59,297 nucleotides of DNA. Source: Deltaproteobacteria bacterium. Its GTDB lineage: Bacteria > Myxococcota_A > Polyangia > Polyangiales > Houyiibacteriaceae. The notes beneath the pieces were generated by a model. The model was given only the letters and a program-made list of their open reading frames with translations, was not told the DNA's origin and did not search any database. Every line of letters starts with the position of its first letter. The first letter of the stretch is position 1. The translations under genes were made by a program, and so were the position numbers. Shown here in pieces: positions 1 through 9,522 of the stretch. The DNA is taken from the NCBI GenBank assembly GCA_013151775.1, contig JAADHO010000307.1, positions 1-59,297 of the forward strand, given 5' to 3'.

Positions 1-366
1 GAGGAGTCGAGATGTTCAGGGCATCGGCGTGCGGCTCCCACGTCCTTCTCGCTGCGAGCATATGTGGCTGAGGCGAACGCCGGTATCGCCCGAATGGGGG
101 ATGTCGAGCGGCGGTGGTCGGCGCGACCTGCGATGCGGGTACATGGGTGTGCGAGCCGACTCGAGTCCGAGTGCGGCTTGAACGTGTTGGACGACGGCCT
201 CGAGCACTGCCTACCGAGCATGGACGCCGGCGCATCGGACGGGCATGGCGGCCACGGCGACGGACGCTCGCGTCACTAAAGACGCGGCAGCCGTCGGAGG
301 CTGATTCTTCACGATCGGCGCTGCCTCGTCGCGCTGTCCTGATACCGTCCGCGCGAGGAGTACCCA

Positions 367-3120
367 ATGACCGAACCGATCACCCGCCCCGAAGAGCGCC
401 CCCTGCATGATGACGTGCGTCGCTTGGCCTCCGCTCTGGGCCACGTCATTCGTCGCCTGGAGGGAGAGGCGTGCTTCGAGGCCGTCGAGCGCTTGCGCGT
501 GGCCTGTCGGGCCAGGCGTCGTCAGGAGGAGGGCGCGGCGGATCTGGATCAGCTGCTGGTCGAGATCGAGGCCCTCCCGCTGGAGGTCGCCGCCGTGGTG
601 GCGCGCTCCTTCACCCTCTTCTTCCTGCTCATCAACACCGCGGAGCAGGTGCATCGGGTGCGCCGCCGCCGCGCCTACGAGGACGCCGGTCCCACGAGTC
701 AGCCGGGCTCCATGCGCTGGGCTCTCACGCAGCTTCGAGAGGCCGGTCTCGACGCGGACGCGGCGAAGGAGATGTTGGAGGATCTGGAGGTACGCCCCGT
801 CCTCACCGCGCACCCCACCGAGTCCACGCGACGCACGGTCCTGAATCTGCAGGCGCGCGTCGCACGCGATCTTCTGGCGCGTGACGGCGCGTCGGGCGCA
901 GAGGTGGCAGCCCTCGACGAAGCTCTCGAGGCCGAAGTGGAGCTGCTCTGGCTCACCTCGGAGGTGCGCCGAGACCGTCCGAGCGTGCTCGACGAGGTGT
1001 CCACCGTCCTGTGGTACCTGGAGGACCGACTCTTCGACGCAGGCAAGCGCGTCAGCGCGGGCTTGGCCGCCGCCTACGAGGCCACCTTCAACCGTCCTCT
1101 GGACCCTCTCCCCGTGTGCAAACCGGGCAGCTGGGTCGCTGGAGATCGGGACGGGAACCCCAACGTGTCTCCTGAGGTCACGCTGGCGGCCACCCGGCGG
1201 GCGAGCTTCACGGTGCTGGGGCGCTACGCGGAGCGCGTGGCAGAGATGGTCACCGTGCTCTCCGTCTCCTCACGCATCGCGCCCGTCTCCGAGGCCTTGC
1301 GAAGCTCCCTCGAAGGGGACCGAGCGCTGCTGCCGGAGATCTGGGGCAGCAACCGCGCACGCGACTCCGACGAACCGATCCGGCTCAAGCTCACCTTCAT
1401 CCGCGAGCGCCTCGAGGCCACCCGCGCGCAGATCGCCAGCCGAGACGCCCAGCGGCCCGAGCGAGTCGACGCTGCCTATGGAAACGCTCAGGACTTCGAG
1501 CATGACCTTGCTCTGGTCGCCGAGGCCCTGCGCGCTGCGGGCGCAGAGCGAGCCGAGCAGACCTGGCTCGCACCCCTTCGGCTGGCCGTGCGACTCTATG
1601 GATTTCACGGCTACGAGATGGACGTGCGCGAGGACTCGGACGTGCACACCGCCGCCCTCGACGATCTGGGCCGAGCGGTGGGTCTCTCGCCCTTCGACAG
1701 GCCGGCCCTCCAGCGCGAGCTGCTCGGTCGTCGGCCCCTCTCGAGCGATCACCTTCCCCTCGAGGAGCGCACGAAGCAGGTCCTCGAGGTCTTCCGCACC
1801 ATGCGTCAGGTGCAGGACGAGGCGGGAGAGCGAGGCGCGTCCACCTACATCATCTCCATGACCCGAGAGGCGGAGGACCTGCTGCGCGTGCTGCTCATGG
1901 GCCGGGAGACGGGCCTGGTGGATCTCGCAGCCGACCCACCCATGTCGCGCATCGACGTCGTGCCCCTCTTCGAGACCCTCGACGATCTGCGCAACGCCCC
2001 GGGCGTCATGCGCAGCCTCTTCGCAGATCCCGCTTACGCTCGGCAGCTGAAGGCGCGGGGACATCGCCAAGAGGTGATGATTGGCTACTCGGACTCCGCC
2101 AAGGACGCCGGCCTGCTCCCCGCCTCCTGGGGCCTCTACACTGCCCAGGAGGCCCTGGCCGAGGTCTGCCGAGATGCCGGCGTCAAGCTGACGCTCTTTC
2201 ACGGCCGCGGCGGCACGGTGGGTCGGGGTGGCGGGTCCCCCGTCTACCGCGGTCTGATCGCGCTTCCCCCGGGCACGGTGGACCGCCGCATCAAGATCAC
2301 CGAGCAGGGAGAGGTGATCTCCCAGAAGTTCGGGCTCTCCCCCATCGCCGATCGCTCCCTGGAGGTGATGGTCGCTGGCACGCTGATGGCCAGCGTCTTG
2401 GACTGGCGCACGGAGGTCCCAGAGGCGGAGCAGCAGCAGTTTCGCGCCGTGATGGAGCGCCTGTCTTCCCTCGCGCTGCCCGTGTTTCGAGATCTCGTCC
2501 ACGAGGACGACGCTCTCTTCAAGCTCTTCATCGGATCCACGCCGGTGAAGGAGCTCGCCAACGTGCACTTCGGCTCTCGGCCCGCCTACCGCGACCGTGG
2601 CACCGGCACCATGGCGGGCATTCGCGCGATCCCCTGGATCTTCGGCTGGACCCAGACCCGGCTGATGCTGCCCTCATGGCTCGGCGTCGGGACCGCGCTA
2701 GAGACGCTGTTGGACGAGGGCGAGCTCCCGGCGCTCAGGCGCATGGCCGAGGTCTGGCCTTTCTTCGATGACCTGCTCGGCAAGATCGAGATGGTCTGCG
2801 CCAAGGCGGACATGGAGGTCGCGCGAGCCTACGTCGTGGCCCTCGGTGGTGACGGCGCCCTGCTGGACCAGCTGCAGGCGGAGTTCCAGCGCACCGTGAC
2901 CGCCTTGCTCGCCATTCGCGACCGGCAGTTCCTGCTCGAGGACAACGCCGTGCTGCAGTCCTCCATGGCCCTACGCAACCCCTACCTCGACCCTCTGAGC
3001 CTGCTCCAGGTGCGCTTCCTGAAGGAAAAGCACGCCAGCGACGACGTGCCCAAGCTGCTCGACGAGGCCCTGGGGACGACCTTGAACGGCATCGCTCAGG
3101 GCCTGAGGAACACCGGATAG
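367..3120 (+). CDS. ppc: phosphoenolpyruvate carboxylase
   Basis: 917-aa ORF. PEPC signatures are readable: VLTAHPTESTRRTV, MIGYSDSAKDAG, FHGRGGTVGRGGG and the family-typical C-terminus GLRNTG. GAGGAG lies a few nt upstream of ATG 367. Confidence 0.97.
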   Translation: MTEPITRPEERPLHDDVRRLASALGHVIRRLEGEACFEAVERLRVACRARRRQEEGAADLDQLLVEIEALPLEVAAVVARSFTLFFLLINTAEQVHRVRRRRAYEDAGPTSQPGSMRWALTQLREAGLDADAAKEMLEDLEVRPVLTAHPTESTRRTVLNLQARVARDLLARDGASGAEVAALDEALEAEVELLWLTSEVRRDRPSVLDEVSTVLWYLEDRLFDAGKRVSAGLAAAYEATFNRPLDPLPVCKPGSWVAGDRDGNPNVSPEVTLAATRRASFTVLGRYAERVAEMVTVLSVSSRIAPVSEALRSSLEGDRALLPEIWGSNRARDSDEPIRLKLTFIRERLEATRAQIASRDAQRPERVDAAYGNAQDFEHDLALVAEALRAAGAERAEQTWLAPLRLAVRLYGFHGYEMDVREDSDVHTAALDDLGRAVGLSPFDRPALQRELLGRRPLSSDHLPLEERTKQVLEVFRTMRQVQDEAGERGASTYIISMTREAEDLLRVLLMGRETGLVDLAADPPMSRIDVVPLFETLDDLRNAPGVMRSLFADPAYARQLKARGHRQEVMIGYSDSAKDAGLLPASWGLYTAQEALAEVCRDAGVKLTLFHGRGGTVGRGGGSPVYRGLIALPPGTVDRRIKITEQGEVISQKFGLSPIADRSLEVMVAGTLMASVLDWRTEVPEAEQQQFRAVMERLSSLALPVFRDLVHEDDALFKLFIGSTPVKELANVHFGSRPAYRDRGTGTMAGIRAIPWIFGWTQTRLMLPSWLGVGTALETLLDEGELPALRRMAEVWPFFDDLLGKIEMVCAKADMEVARAYVVALGGDGALLDQLQAEFQRTVTALLAIRDRQFLLEDNAVLQSSMALRNPYLDPLSLLQVRFLKEKHASDDVPKLLDEALGTTLNGIAQGLRNTG

Positions 3121-3173
3121 CGGAGGCGCCCGCGAGGGGCTAGATTGGCCGAAGGTGTCGAAGGGAGAGAACC

Positions 3174-3662
3174 ATGACCAGAGTTCTTGGGATCGCGGCC
3201 TTGGCTTCGCTGCTCGCGGCGGTCGGTGCGTGCAGCGGCGTTCATGATCCGGTGACGGACGCGGGGGATGCGAGTGACGCGAACCCGATCTATTTCGACG
3301 CGGACCCCCACAACGTGGGTCCCCAGGACGCGGCTCCCTACATGCTCGACTGCGAGGGGGGAACCACGGTGGTAGTCGCGCGGCTGGAGTACGAGGCCCC
3401 GCATATCAGTGCAGGGTGCCTTACGGACGCGGATTGCACGACGGCCGAGCCTCGTGTGACCTGCGCAGACACCGATGTCGTGATCGTCGGCTGCCCCGTG
3501 GCCATGGCGAGCGCGTCGACGACCGCCTTCGCCGATCGCATGGACGTCGCCGCCGCGGAATTCTGCGGCTCGATCGAGTCGGGATGCCACAGCACGCCGT
3601 CTTGCACGAACTACGACAGTCGCTGCGTGAGCGGTGCGTGCCAGCTGATCGCGGCTCCCTAG
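3174..3662 (+). CDS. Cys-rich putative lipoprotein, unknown function
   Basis: 162-aa ORF with a signal peptide and lipobox (LLAAVGAC|SG). GGGAGAG lies just upstream of ATG 3174. There are ten further Cys in the mature part. No family recognised. Confidence 0.6.
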   Translation: MTRVLGIAALASLLAAVGACSGVHDPVTDAGDASDANPIYFDADPHNVGPQDAAPYMLDCEGGTTVVVARLEYEAPHISAGCLTDADCTTAEPRVTCADTDVVIVGCPVAMASASTTAFADRMDVAAAEFCGSIESGCHSTPSCTNYDSRCVSGACQLIAAP

Positions 3663-3727
3663 TCGCCGAGGCGGACAGAAGCACATGAGGCATCCGGCGC
3701 TGGCCGGTTGTGCAGCCTTGCATATGC

Positions 3728-4708
3728 TCAGCGCCCACGTTCCCGGGCAGGAGCGCCTGCGATGGCGGGAATGGCGTCAAAGATGAGCGCAACCGAGATG
3801 CTCTGACAGACTCCAAAGGCGTCGGGATCGAGGTCTCCGACGCCGGAGCTCGTCGGGTCGTCAATGAACGAGCCTGAGGGCATTCCGGTGATGGCGCGGG
3901 CTAGATCTTGAAGGCCGAGGCGGCCCGCGATGAGGCCATGGGTCAGCCCATCGGCGCTCGCGTCGAAGCGCAGGCTGGCGCCTCGGATGGTTGCGGGCTC
4001 GGGCGTGGGTGTGGGTGCGTCGCTGGCGGGCCAAGGCAGCGGCAGATCCACGGCGCCGGCCAAGACCGTTGCGAGCACAGCACATGCGAAGGATGTGCTG
4101 GCGACCCGATCGCCCGTCGTACCCAGGCTGAGCGGTGTGAGGTCGAAGATCTGATTCGCAGCGAGCAGATCGTCGCCATCGAGCAGGGGCGCTCCGCCGC
4201 CAGGAACTCGGCCAGTGAAGAAACTCAGCGCGACCTCTCCGCCGGAGCGGGTCTCGACCTCGATCAGCAGAAGAATCTCTCCGCTCGCGATGGCGTCGCG
4301 AAAGTCCGCGGCGAGGTCAACGCTGGGTATCGCTTCGACGACTGGAAGAATCGTTGCGAACTGATTGTCGATGCCGGGAGTTCCGTCCGCAGAGACGAAG
4401 TCGAGCATGTGGCAACTCGCGGCGTCGCTGCCGTCGCTGACCTGGCCGTCCAAGTCGAGCCCTGGCGTGATCCCCATCGGCTCTTCTCTTCCGAAGTCCA
4501 ACGCCCGGATGACGAAGAGACCGGAGGGAACGGAACTCTCGCATGACCCGGCATCCGACCCGACGCTGGCATCCGGCCCACCCGCTTCCACCGATGCGCT
4601 CGGACTCGCACCACAGGCATACGACGTGAGCATCGCCGCAAGCCAGGCGAAGGCTGCGGCGCGCGACCGATTGGCTGAGGAACTCACGACACGCCCAGCA
4701 TATCGCAT
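3728..4708 (-). CDS. putative lipoprotein, unknown function
   Basis: The ORF track gives 3728-4750. I prefer ATG 4708 (MRYAGRVV...AAFAWLAAMLTSYAC|G, lipobox-like) because a start at 4750 would overlap the divergent gene starting at 4743. No family recognised; start uncertain. Confidence 0.5.
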   Translation of the reverse strand: MRYAGRVVSSSANRSRAAAFAWLAAMLTSYACGASPSASVEAGGPDASVGSDAGSCESSVPSGLFVIRALDFGREEPMGITPGLDLDGQVSDGSDAASCHMLDFVSADGTPGIDNQFATILPVVEAIPSVDLAADFRDAIASGEILLLIEVETRSGGEVALSFFTGRVPGGGAPLLDGDDLLAANQIFDLTPLSLGTTGDRVASTSFACAVLATVLAGAVDLPLPWPASDAPTPTPEPATIRGASLRFDASADGLTHGLIAGRLGLQDLARAITGMPSGSFIDDPTSSGVGDLDPDAFGVCQSISVALIFDAIPAIAGAPARERGR

Positions 4709-4742
4709 CGGGTCTCGGGCGTATGCTGTTAGCATAGGGTCC

Positions 4743-5975
4743 ATGAGCATGGCCTGTTCCCACTCCTCGCTTGCGGGAGTCCTACGCTACGCTTGGCCAG
4801 TTGCGGTGGCTCTCGCCTTTGCTGCGTGTTCCAACGCGCATAGCGGGGTAGATGCAGGCACGAATCCGGAACTCGACGCTGCGCACGACGCTTTCACGGA
4901 CACTGCAGACGGGACGATCCGACCCGACGCAAATCACGATTCTGGAAGCTCCGCCCTTCAGCCCCAACCTCCTCCGGCGTGGGAACCACCTGCCAACATC
5001 GATCCAGAACCTGGGTGGAGAGACAGTTCTGTGCCGCCATGCCCCGGATACTCCGGCAGTCCCTCCGTGGGAGGTCTCTTCGCCGACGACCGAGGTGTTT
5101 TCGTGCTGTTCGACGTCGAGAACGACCCCGCAATAATCACACCCGATGGAATGTGGCCTTCAGGTGCCACGCTCATGTTCAACGATGGCAGCGGCTGGGA
5201 GGAGTGGTTCCGCGGGCCGAGTCATGGCTCCCTCAGACCAGGGCCTCGACACCTATCCATGGCCAGAGCAGGGCCACCACGGCTCTGGTGGGACGTTTGC
5301 GCTGTGCGTAGGGTAGAGGGACCACATATACATGCCTGCGAGTGGGAAGGGCCGACCGCCGTGGGCGAGACCATTCAGGCGGTTCACTTCCCGACACCTG
5401 AACTCGGGTGGTTCGTAACCGATAGGGCGCTGTACAAGATCGTGGACGGCAGCGTGGAGCGCTTCGCGAACGCTCCGATGGACTATGGCTTCTCAACCAA
5501 CGTTTTTGGCAGCACGACATCAGCCATTGTGACCCAGGGAGAGCAATTGCTACTCGCAGCGCCCGGTATATTGGGTCTTTCTCCTATCCCTAACTCGGAC
5601 GGATCGATGTATATGTCGGTCGCTGGCCGGAGCTTAGAGGACGTCTGGTTTGGTCGATCGGATGGCACGCTGCGTCACTATGACGGATTCTCATTTGTAG
5701 ATATAGAGTCTGGCCTAACAGAAGGCATCCTGCAATTGGTCGCGGCTGGCGCAGACCTATTCTTTGCGACGGAGAAGCAAATTGGACGCCTCAATGCGGC
5801 CGGCGATGTCGAGCTGCTGTCCGATTGGTCCTCGCACGGAGGAGTTTCGGTAACTAACCTCGCCTTCAATGGTAGTACGCTGTTCGTTTCTGTCAATGAT
5901 ACTAGATTCATTCCTTACGAATGCGGTGCAACATTCGTATTGTGGTTCGACGGTGTTAACTTTCGTCGATTCTAG
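4743..5975 (+). CDS. putative lipoprotein, unknown function (lower-GC gene)
   Basis: The ORF track gives 4365-5975, but the first 126 codons are antisense to the neighbouring gene. ATG 4743 begins MSMACSHSSLAGVLRYAWPVAVALAFAAC|SN (signal peptide plus lipobox). By eye G+C is clearly below the flanks and falls to about 50% over the last 500 nt. Confidence 0.6.
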   Translation: MSMACSHSSLAGVLRYAWPVAVALAFAACSNAHSGVDAGTNPELDAAHDAFTDTADGTIRPDANHDSGSSALQPQPPPAWEPPANIDPEPGWRDSSVPPCPGYSGSPSVGGLFADDRGVFVLFDVENDPAIITPDGMWPSGATLMFNDGSGWEEWFRGPSHGSLRPGPRHLSMARAGPPRLWWDVCAVRRVEGPHIHACEWEGPTAVGETIQAVHFPTPELGWFVTDRALYKIVDGSVERFANAPMDYGFSTNVFGSTTSAIVTQGEQLLLAAPGILGLSPIPNSDGSMYMSVAGRSLEDVWFGRSDGTLRHYDGFSFVDIESGLTEGILQLVAAGADLFFATEKQIGRLNAAGDVELLSDWSSHGGVSVTNLAFNGSTLFVSVNDTRFIPYECGATFVLWFDGVNFRRF

Positions 5976-6072
5976 GCAGGACTGCGATGAAGCTCGAGAC
6001 ACCTCGAGGTTGCCCTGCTTGTAGCTGCGCAGCGGAGGCAGCCCCATCGTCATCACGCTGAGCCGGAAGTAG

Positions 6073-6228
6073 AGGACCTTCCGCGGCGCCGACGGCGGCT
6101 ACTACTTCAACCTGCGCGCCCGCAACGGTCGCGTCATTGGTACGAGCGAGGTCTGCGTGAGCCGCTCCAACGCCGAGCGCGCCGTGCAGAGCATCATCGC
6201 CCTGCTGCCCGAGGTGGAGCTGCTCTGA
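6073..6228 (+). pseudogene. DUF1508 (YegP-like) domain remnant without a start codon
   Basis: The frame reads RTFRGADGGYYFNLRARNGRVIGTSEVCVSRSNAERAVQSIIALLPEVELL*. The YYFNLRA-NG-VIG-SE core matches the DUF1508 repeat pattern as I remember it. The frame is closed by TAG 6070-6072, with no ATG/GTG/TTG between that stop and the motif. It is absent from the ORF track. Confidence 0.4.
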
Positions 6229-6252
6229 GCCCTTCCCGGCTTCGTTCCAGGC

Positions 6253-6288
6253 GCCGACGGGCTTCGGCTCGTCGCCGTTTTTCGTTTC
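6253..6288 (+). terminator. intrinsic (Rho-independent) terminator candidate
   Basis: Stem 6253-6262 (GCCGACGGGC) pairs with 6267-6276 (GCTCGTCGCC), with one mismatch and one G-U. The loop is UUCG and the tail is GUUUUUCGUUUC. It lies 25 nt after the DUF1508 remnant stop. Confidence 0.45.
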
Positions 6289-6330
6289 AGGCACCTGCCA
6301 ATCCGCGCCCGCGTGCGTTAGGTAGCGGCC

Positions 6331-6855
6331 ATGCCTACCTACGACGCCTCCTCCGCCTCCTGCCTCGTCTACACCTTCAAGGATGGCCTGCTCTCCAAGG
6401 TGGCCCACGACCTGAAGCTGAGCTGTGAGCGCTTCACGCTCGACGTCGCCGACGACAAGTCCAAGCTCGAGGCCACGTTCCAGCTCTCGAGCTTGGTCGT
6501 GGAGTGCGCGCGCAAGGACGGGCGCGACGCTCCCGGCGGACTCAGCGACTCGGACAAGCGCAAGATCGAGAAGAACATGGCCGCCGACGTCCTGCACACG
6601 AAGCGCCACGCCGAAGCGCGCTTCGTCGCGACGGAGGTCACGCCCGATGGTGAAGGCTTCCGCGTCACGGGCGACCTCACGCTCCACGGTCAGACGCGTC
6701 CCATCTCCGCGCGCGTCGACAAGCGCGGCGACCGCTTCGTCACCGAGCTCGCGCTGAATCAGCCCGACTTCGGCATCAAGCCCTTCAGCGCCATGTTGGG
6801 TACGCTCAAGGTGAAGCCCGAGATCCGCGTCGAGCTGAGCGTCCCCGCGAGCTGA
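6331..6855 (+). CDS. YceI-like polyisoprenoid-binding family protein
   Basis: 174-aa ORF. The block ...RFVATEVTPDGEGFRVTGDLTLHGQTRPISARV...FGIKPFSAMLGTLKVKPEIRVEL is typical of the YceI lipocalin-like domain. Confidence 0.8.
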   Translation: MPTYDASSASCLVYTFKDGLLSKVAHDLKLSCERFTLDVADDKSKLEATFQLSSLVVECARKDGRDAPGGLSDSDKRKIEKNMAADVLHTKRHAEARFVATEVTPDGEGFRVTGDLTLHGQTRPISARVDKRGDRFVTELALNQPDFGIKPFSAMLGTLKVKPEIRVELSVPAS

Positions 6856-6857
6856 GC

Positions 6858-7067
6858 TCAGTCGAGGGCGCCCTTGAAGTCGAAGCCGGCGTCTTCTACG
6901 GCCTGCTCGATGGCCTTGGCCTCGTGCTCGCCGTGGACGACGACGCGCCCACCCTCGAGCGTGACGTCCGCCGTCACACCGTCGATGCGCTCGATGGCCC
7001 GCTTCACGGAGCCGACGCAGCCGCCGCAGGTCATGCCTTCTACCTTGTAGGACTTGTCCATCTTCAT
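6858..7067 (-). CDS. copZ: copper chaperone, heavy-metal-associated (HMA) domain protein
   Basis: MKMDKSYKVEGMTCGGCVGSVKRAIERI... carries the MxCxxC metal-binding motif. I place the start at ATG 7067, which shares ATGA (7064-7067) with the copA stop. The ORF track's longer form starts at GTG 7124. Confidence 0.85.
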   Translation of the reverse strand: MKMDKSYKVEGMTCGGCVGSVKRAIERIDGVTADVTLEGGRVVVHGEHEAKAIEQAVEDAGFDFKGALD

Positions 7068-9466
7068 TCCTCGCTCGCCCGCTCGGGGCGCGTTGACGTG
7101 GCGGGCTTCCAGCGCCGTAGCCACAGGGAGTTACTGACGACGCTGACGCTGCTCATGGCCATAGCGCCGCCTGCGACCATGGGATTCAATAGGCCCAAGG
7201 CCGCCAAGGGCAGGCCGATGATGTTGTAGAAGAAGGCCCAGAAGAGGTTCTGACGGATCTTGCGCGTGGTCGCCCGCGACACCTCGAGGGCGTCGGCGAC
7301 CAGCCCCGGCTCCGGACGCATCAAGGTCACGCCCGCCGCCTGCATGGCCACGTCCGTGCCCGTCGCCATGGCGAAGCCCACGTCCGCCGCCGCCAGCGCC
7401 GGCGCGTCGTTGACGCCGTCTCCGACCATGGCCACGACCGTGCCATCGCTCTTCAGCTCTTCGATCTTCGCGGCCTTGTCCTCCGGCAGCACCTCGGCGA
7501 TCACCCGCGCGATGCCCAGCTCTGCGCCCACTCGCGCCGCCGCCCGCGCGTTGTCGCCGGTCAGCATCACCGTCTCCACGCCCATCCGGGTCAGGCGCGC
7601 GATGGCCTCCTTCGCGCCTTCGCGCGCTTGATCTGCCACAGCCAGCATGCCGAGCAGCCGCGAGCCCTCTGCGACCCACATCACGGTCATGCCCTGCGAC
7701 TCCAGCTGCTCCGCCAGCTCCGCCTGCGCCGTTCGGTCGATCTCGCGCTCGCGCATCAGCCGCTCGCTGCCTACGAGGATCGACCTGCCTTCGACGCTCG
7801 CCTCGAGTCCACGCCCAGGGAGCGCCTTGAAGCTCTGCGCGCGGCCCGCCGTCACGCCACCCTCGTCGAGCACGGCGCGCGCCAGCGGATGCTCACTGCC
7901 CGACTGCGCCGCCGCGACCAGCGCGAGCAGCGCGTCTTCGTCGTCATCCACGGCGACGATGCGCGCCACCTCGGGCTCGCCTCGGGTCAACGTGCCGGTC
8001 TTGTCGAACACGACCACCTGCAGGTGCTTGGCCAGCTCGAGGGCCTCCACGTCGCGGATCAAGATGCCGGCGCGCGCCGCGGCGCCCGTGCCCACCATGA
8101 TCGCTGTCGGCGTGGCCAAGCCGAGAGCGCAGGGGCAGGCGATCACCAAGACCGCCACGGCGGTGACGATGGCCGTCGTCGAGGACGCGCCCACCACGAG
8201 CCAACCGACCAACGATAGCAGGGCGATGCTCACGACCACGGGCACGAAGACGGCGGCGACCTTGTCGACCGTGCGTTGAATTGGAGGCTTGGTGGCCTGT
8301 GCGTGCTCGACCAGGGCGATGATGCGCGACAGCACGCTGGCCTCGCCCACGTTCGTCGCCTCGATGTGCAAGAGCCCGTCGCCGTTGATGGCGCCGCCCG
8401 GTAGCTCGTCACCCACCCCGCGCGCCACCGGCAGGCTCTCGCCCGTGATCAGCGCCTCGTCCACCTGACTCTCTCCTTCGATCACCTTGCCATCCACGGG
8501 CACGCGCTCGCCGGGGCGCACGACGACGACCTCTCCGCGCCCCACGGCGTCCGCGGGGATCGTCTGCTCGCGGCCGTCGCGTAAGACACACGCGGTCTCG
8601 GGCTTCAGCGCCATCAGCGCGCGCACGGCGCTCTGCGTGCTGCGCTTCGCCCGCGCCTCGAGCCACTTGCCGAGCATGACCAAGGCGATCACCACCGCCG
8701 CACCGTCGAAGTAGAGGTGCTGCGCGCCCGTGAAGAGCAGGTAGAGGCTGAGCGCATAGGCCGCCGTCGTGCCGAGCACGACGAGCACGTCCATGTTGGC
8801 CGAGCCGCTGCGCAGGGCCGCGTAGGCGCCGCGGTAGAAGCGCGCTCCTGCGATGAACTGCACAGGCGTCGCCAGGGCGAGCTGCGCGTAGCCCGGGAGC
8901 ATCAGATCGAGGCCCGCGAGCCCGAGCAGGGCGGGGATCAAGAGCGGCAGCGCCAAGAGCGCCGTGCCCAAGAGCAGCAGCATCTCCCGTCGGGCGGCGC
9001 GCTTTTCCAGCTGAATCGCGGCCTCGCGCTCTGCGGCTTCCGTTGGCGCACGCTCGGCACCATAGCCCGCGCGATCGATGGCGGAGATGAGCGCGGCCTC
9101 ATCGATCACGCCTGGCGTGAAGGCGATGGTCGCGACCTCGCTCGCGAGATTGACCTGCGCCGAGGCGACCCCGGGCTGCTTGCGGAGCACCTTCTCGATG
9201 CGCGCGGAGCAGGTGGCGCAGGTCATGCCCGAGATGTTCAGGCGCACGCTCGCGGCAGGCACGCTGTAGCCCGCCTTCTCGATCGCCTCGGCCACCGTCG
9301 CCGCGTCGACCTGCTCTGGGTCGAAGCGCACGCTCGCCTTCTCACTCGCCAGGTTTACCTGCGCCGACTCCACGCCGGGCAGACGTGAGAGCACCTTCTC
9401 GATGCGTGTGGAACAAGTGGCGCAGGTCATGCCTGCGATGGGCATCGTGGTTTCGACTGGGTTCAT
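7064..9466 (-). CDS. copA: copper-translocating P1B-type ATPase
   Basis: 800 aa. It has two N-terminal HMA domains (GMTCATCS twice), the CPC motif (CPCALGLATP), the phosphorylation site DKTGTLT, and MLTGDN and GDGVNDAPAL. Confidence 0.97.
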   Translation of the reverse strand: MNPVETTMPIAGMTCATCSTRIEKVLSRLPGVESAQVNLASEKASVRFDPEQVDAATVAEAIEKAGYSVPAASVRLNISGMTCATCSARIEKVLRKQPGVASAQVNLASEVATIAFTPGVIDEAALISAIDRAGYGAERAPTEAAEREAAIQLEKRAARREMLLLLGTALLALPLLIPALLGLAGLDLMLPGYAQLALATPVQFIAGARFYRGAYAALRSGSANMDVLVVLGTTAAYALSLYLLFTGAQHLYFDGAAVVIALVMLGKWLEARAKRSTQSAVRALMALKPETACVLRDGREQTIPADAVGRGEVVVVRPGERVPVDGKVIEGESQVDEALITGESLPVARGVGDELPGGAINGDGLLHIEATNVGEASVLSRIIALVEHAQATKPPIQRTVDKVAAVFVPVVVSIALLSLVGWLVVGASSTTAIVTAVAVLVIACPCALGLATPTAIMVGTGAAARAGILIRDVEALELAKHLQVVVFDKTGTLTRGEPEVARIVAVDDDEDALLALVAAAQSGSEHPLARAVLDEGGVTAGRAQSFKALPGRGLEASVEGRSILVGSERLMREREIDRTAQAELAEQLESQGMTVMWVAEGSRLLGMLAVADQAREGAKEAIARLTRMGVETVMLTGDNARAAARVGAELGIARVIAEVLPEDKAAKIEELKSDGTVVAMVGDGVNDAPALAAADVGFAMATGTDVAMQAAGVTLMRPEPGLVADALEVSRATTRKIRQNLFWAFFYNIIGLPLAALGLLNPMVAGGAMAMSSVSVVSNSLWLRRWKPATSTRPERASEE

Positions 9467-9522
9467 GCTGAGACGCTTGGTGTTTCGGTTAGACGCCCAA
9501 TGTCGTTACGAAACGTCGCAGG

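Noticed and set aside
1-366. Several short ORFs upstream of ppc (16-207 minus, 64-279 plus, 114-410 plus). A plus-strand frame is open from position 1 to TAA 277-279 and ends ...LESECGLNVLDDGLEHCLPSMDAGASDGHGGHGDGRSRH.
   Set aside because: Only the last ~40 codons of the 1-279 frame show coding-like third-position G/C. There is no recognisable family and no start within the window. It could be the 3' end of an upstream gene, but I cannot support a call.
1270-2568. 432-aa minus-strand ORF (and 211-813, 699-1046 minus) inside ppc.
   Set aside because: These are antisense to a gene with unmistakable PEPC motifs. The translations are Arg/Gly/His/Ala-rich and low-complexity, typical high-GC shadow ORFs.
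5757-6056. 99-aa minus-strand ORF in the low-GC segment and gap after 5975. I also considered that it hides the missing first half of the DUF1508 gene, because of a YFRL-like string upstream of it on that strand.
   Set aside because: The YFRL string lies upstream of the ORF start, right after two TAG stops. The downstream sequence does not continue the DUF1508 pattern. Most of the ORF is antisense to the 3' end of 4743-5975.
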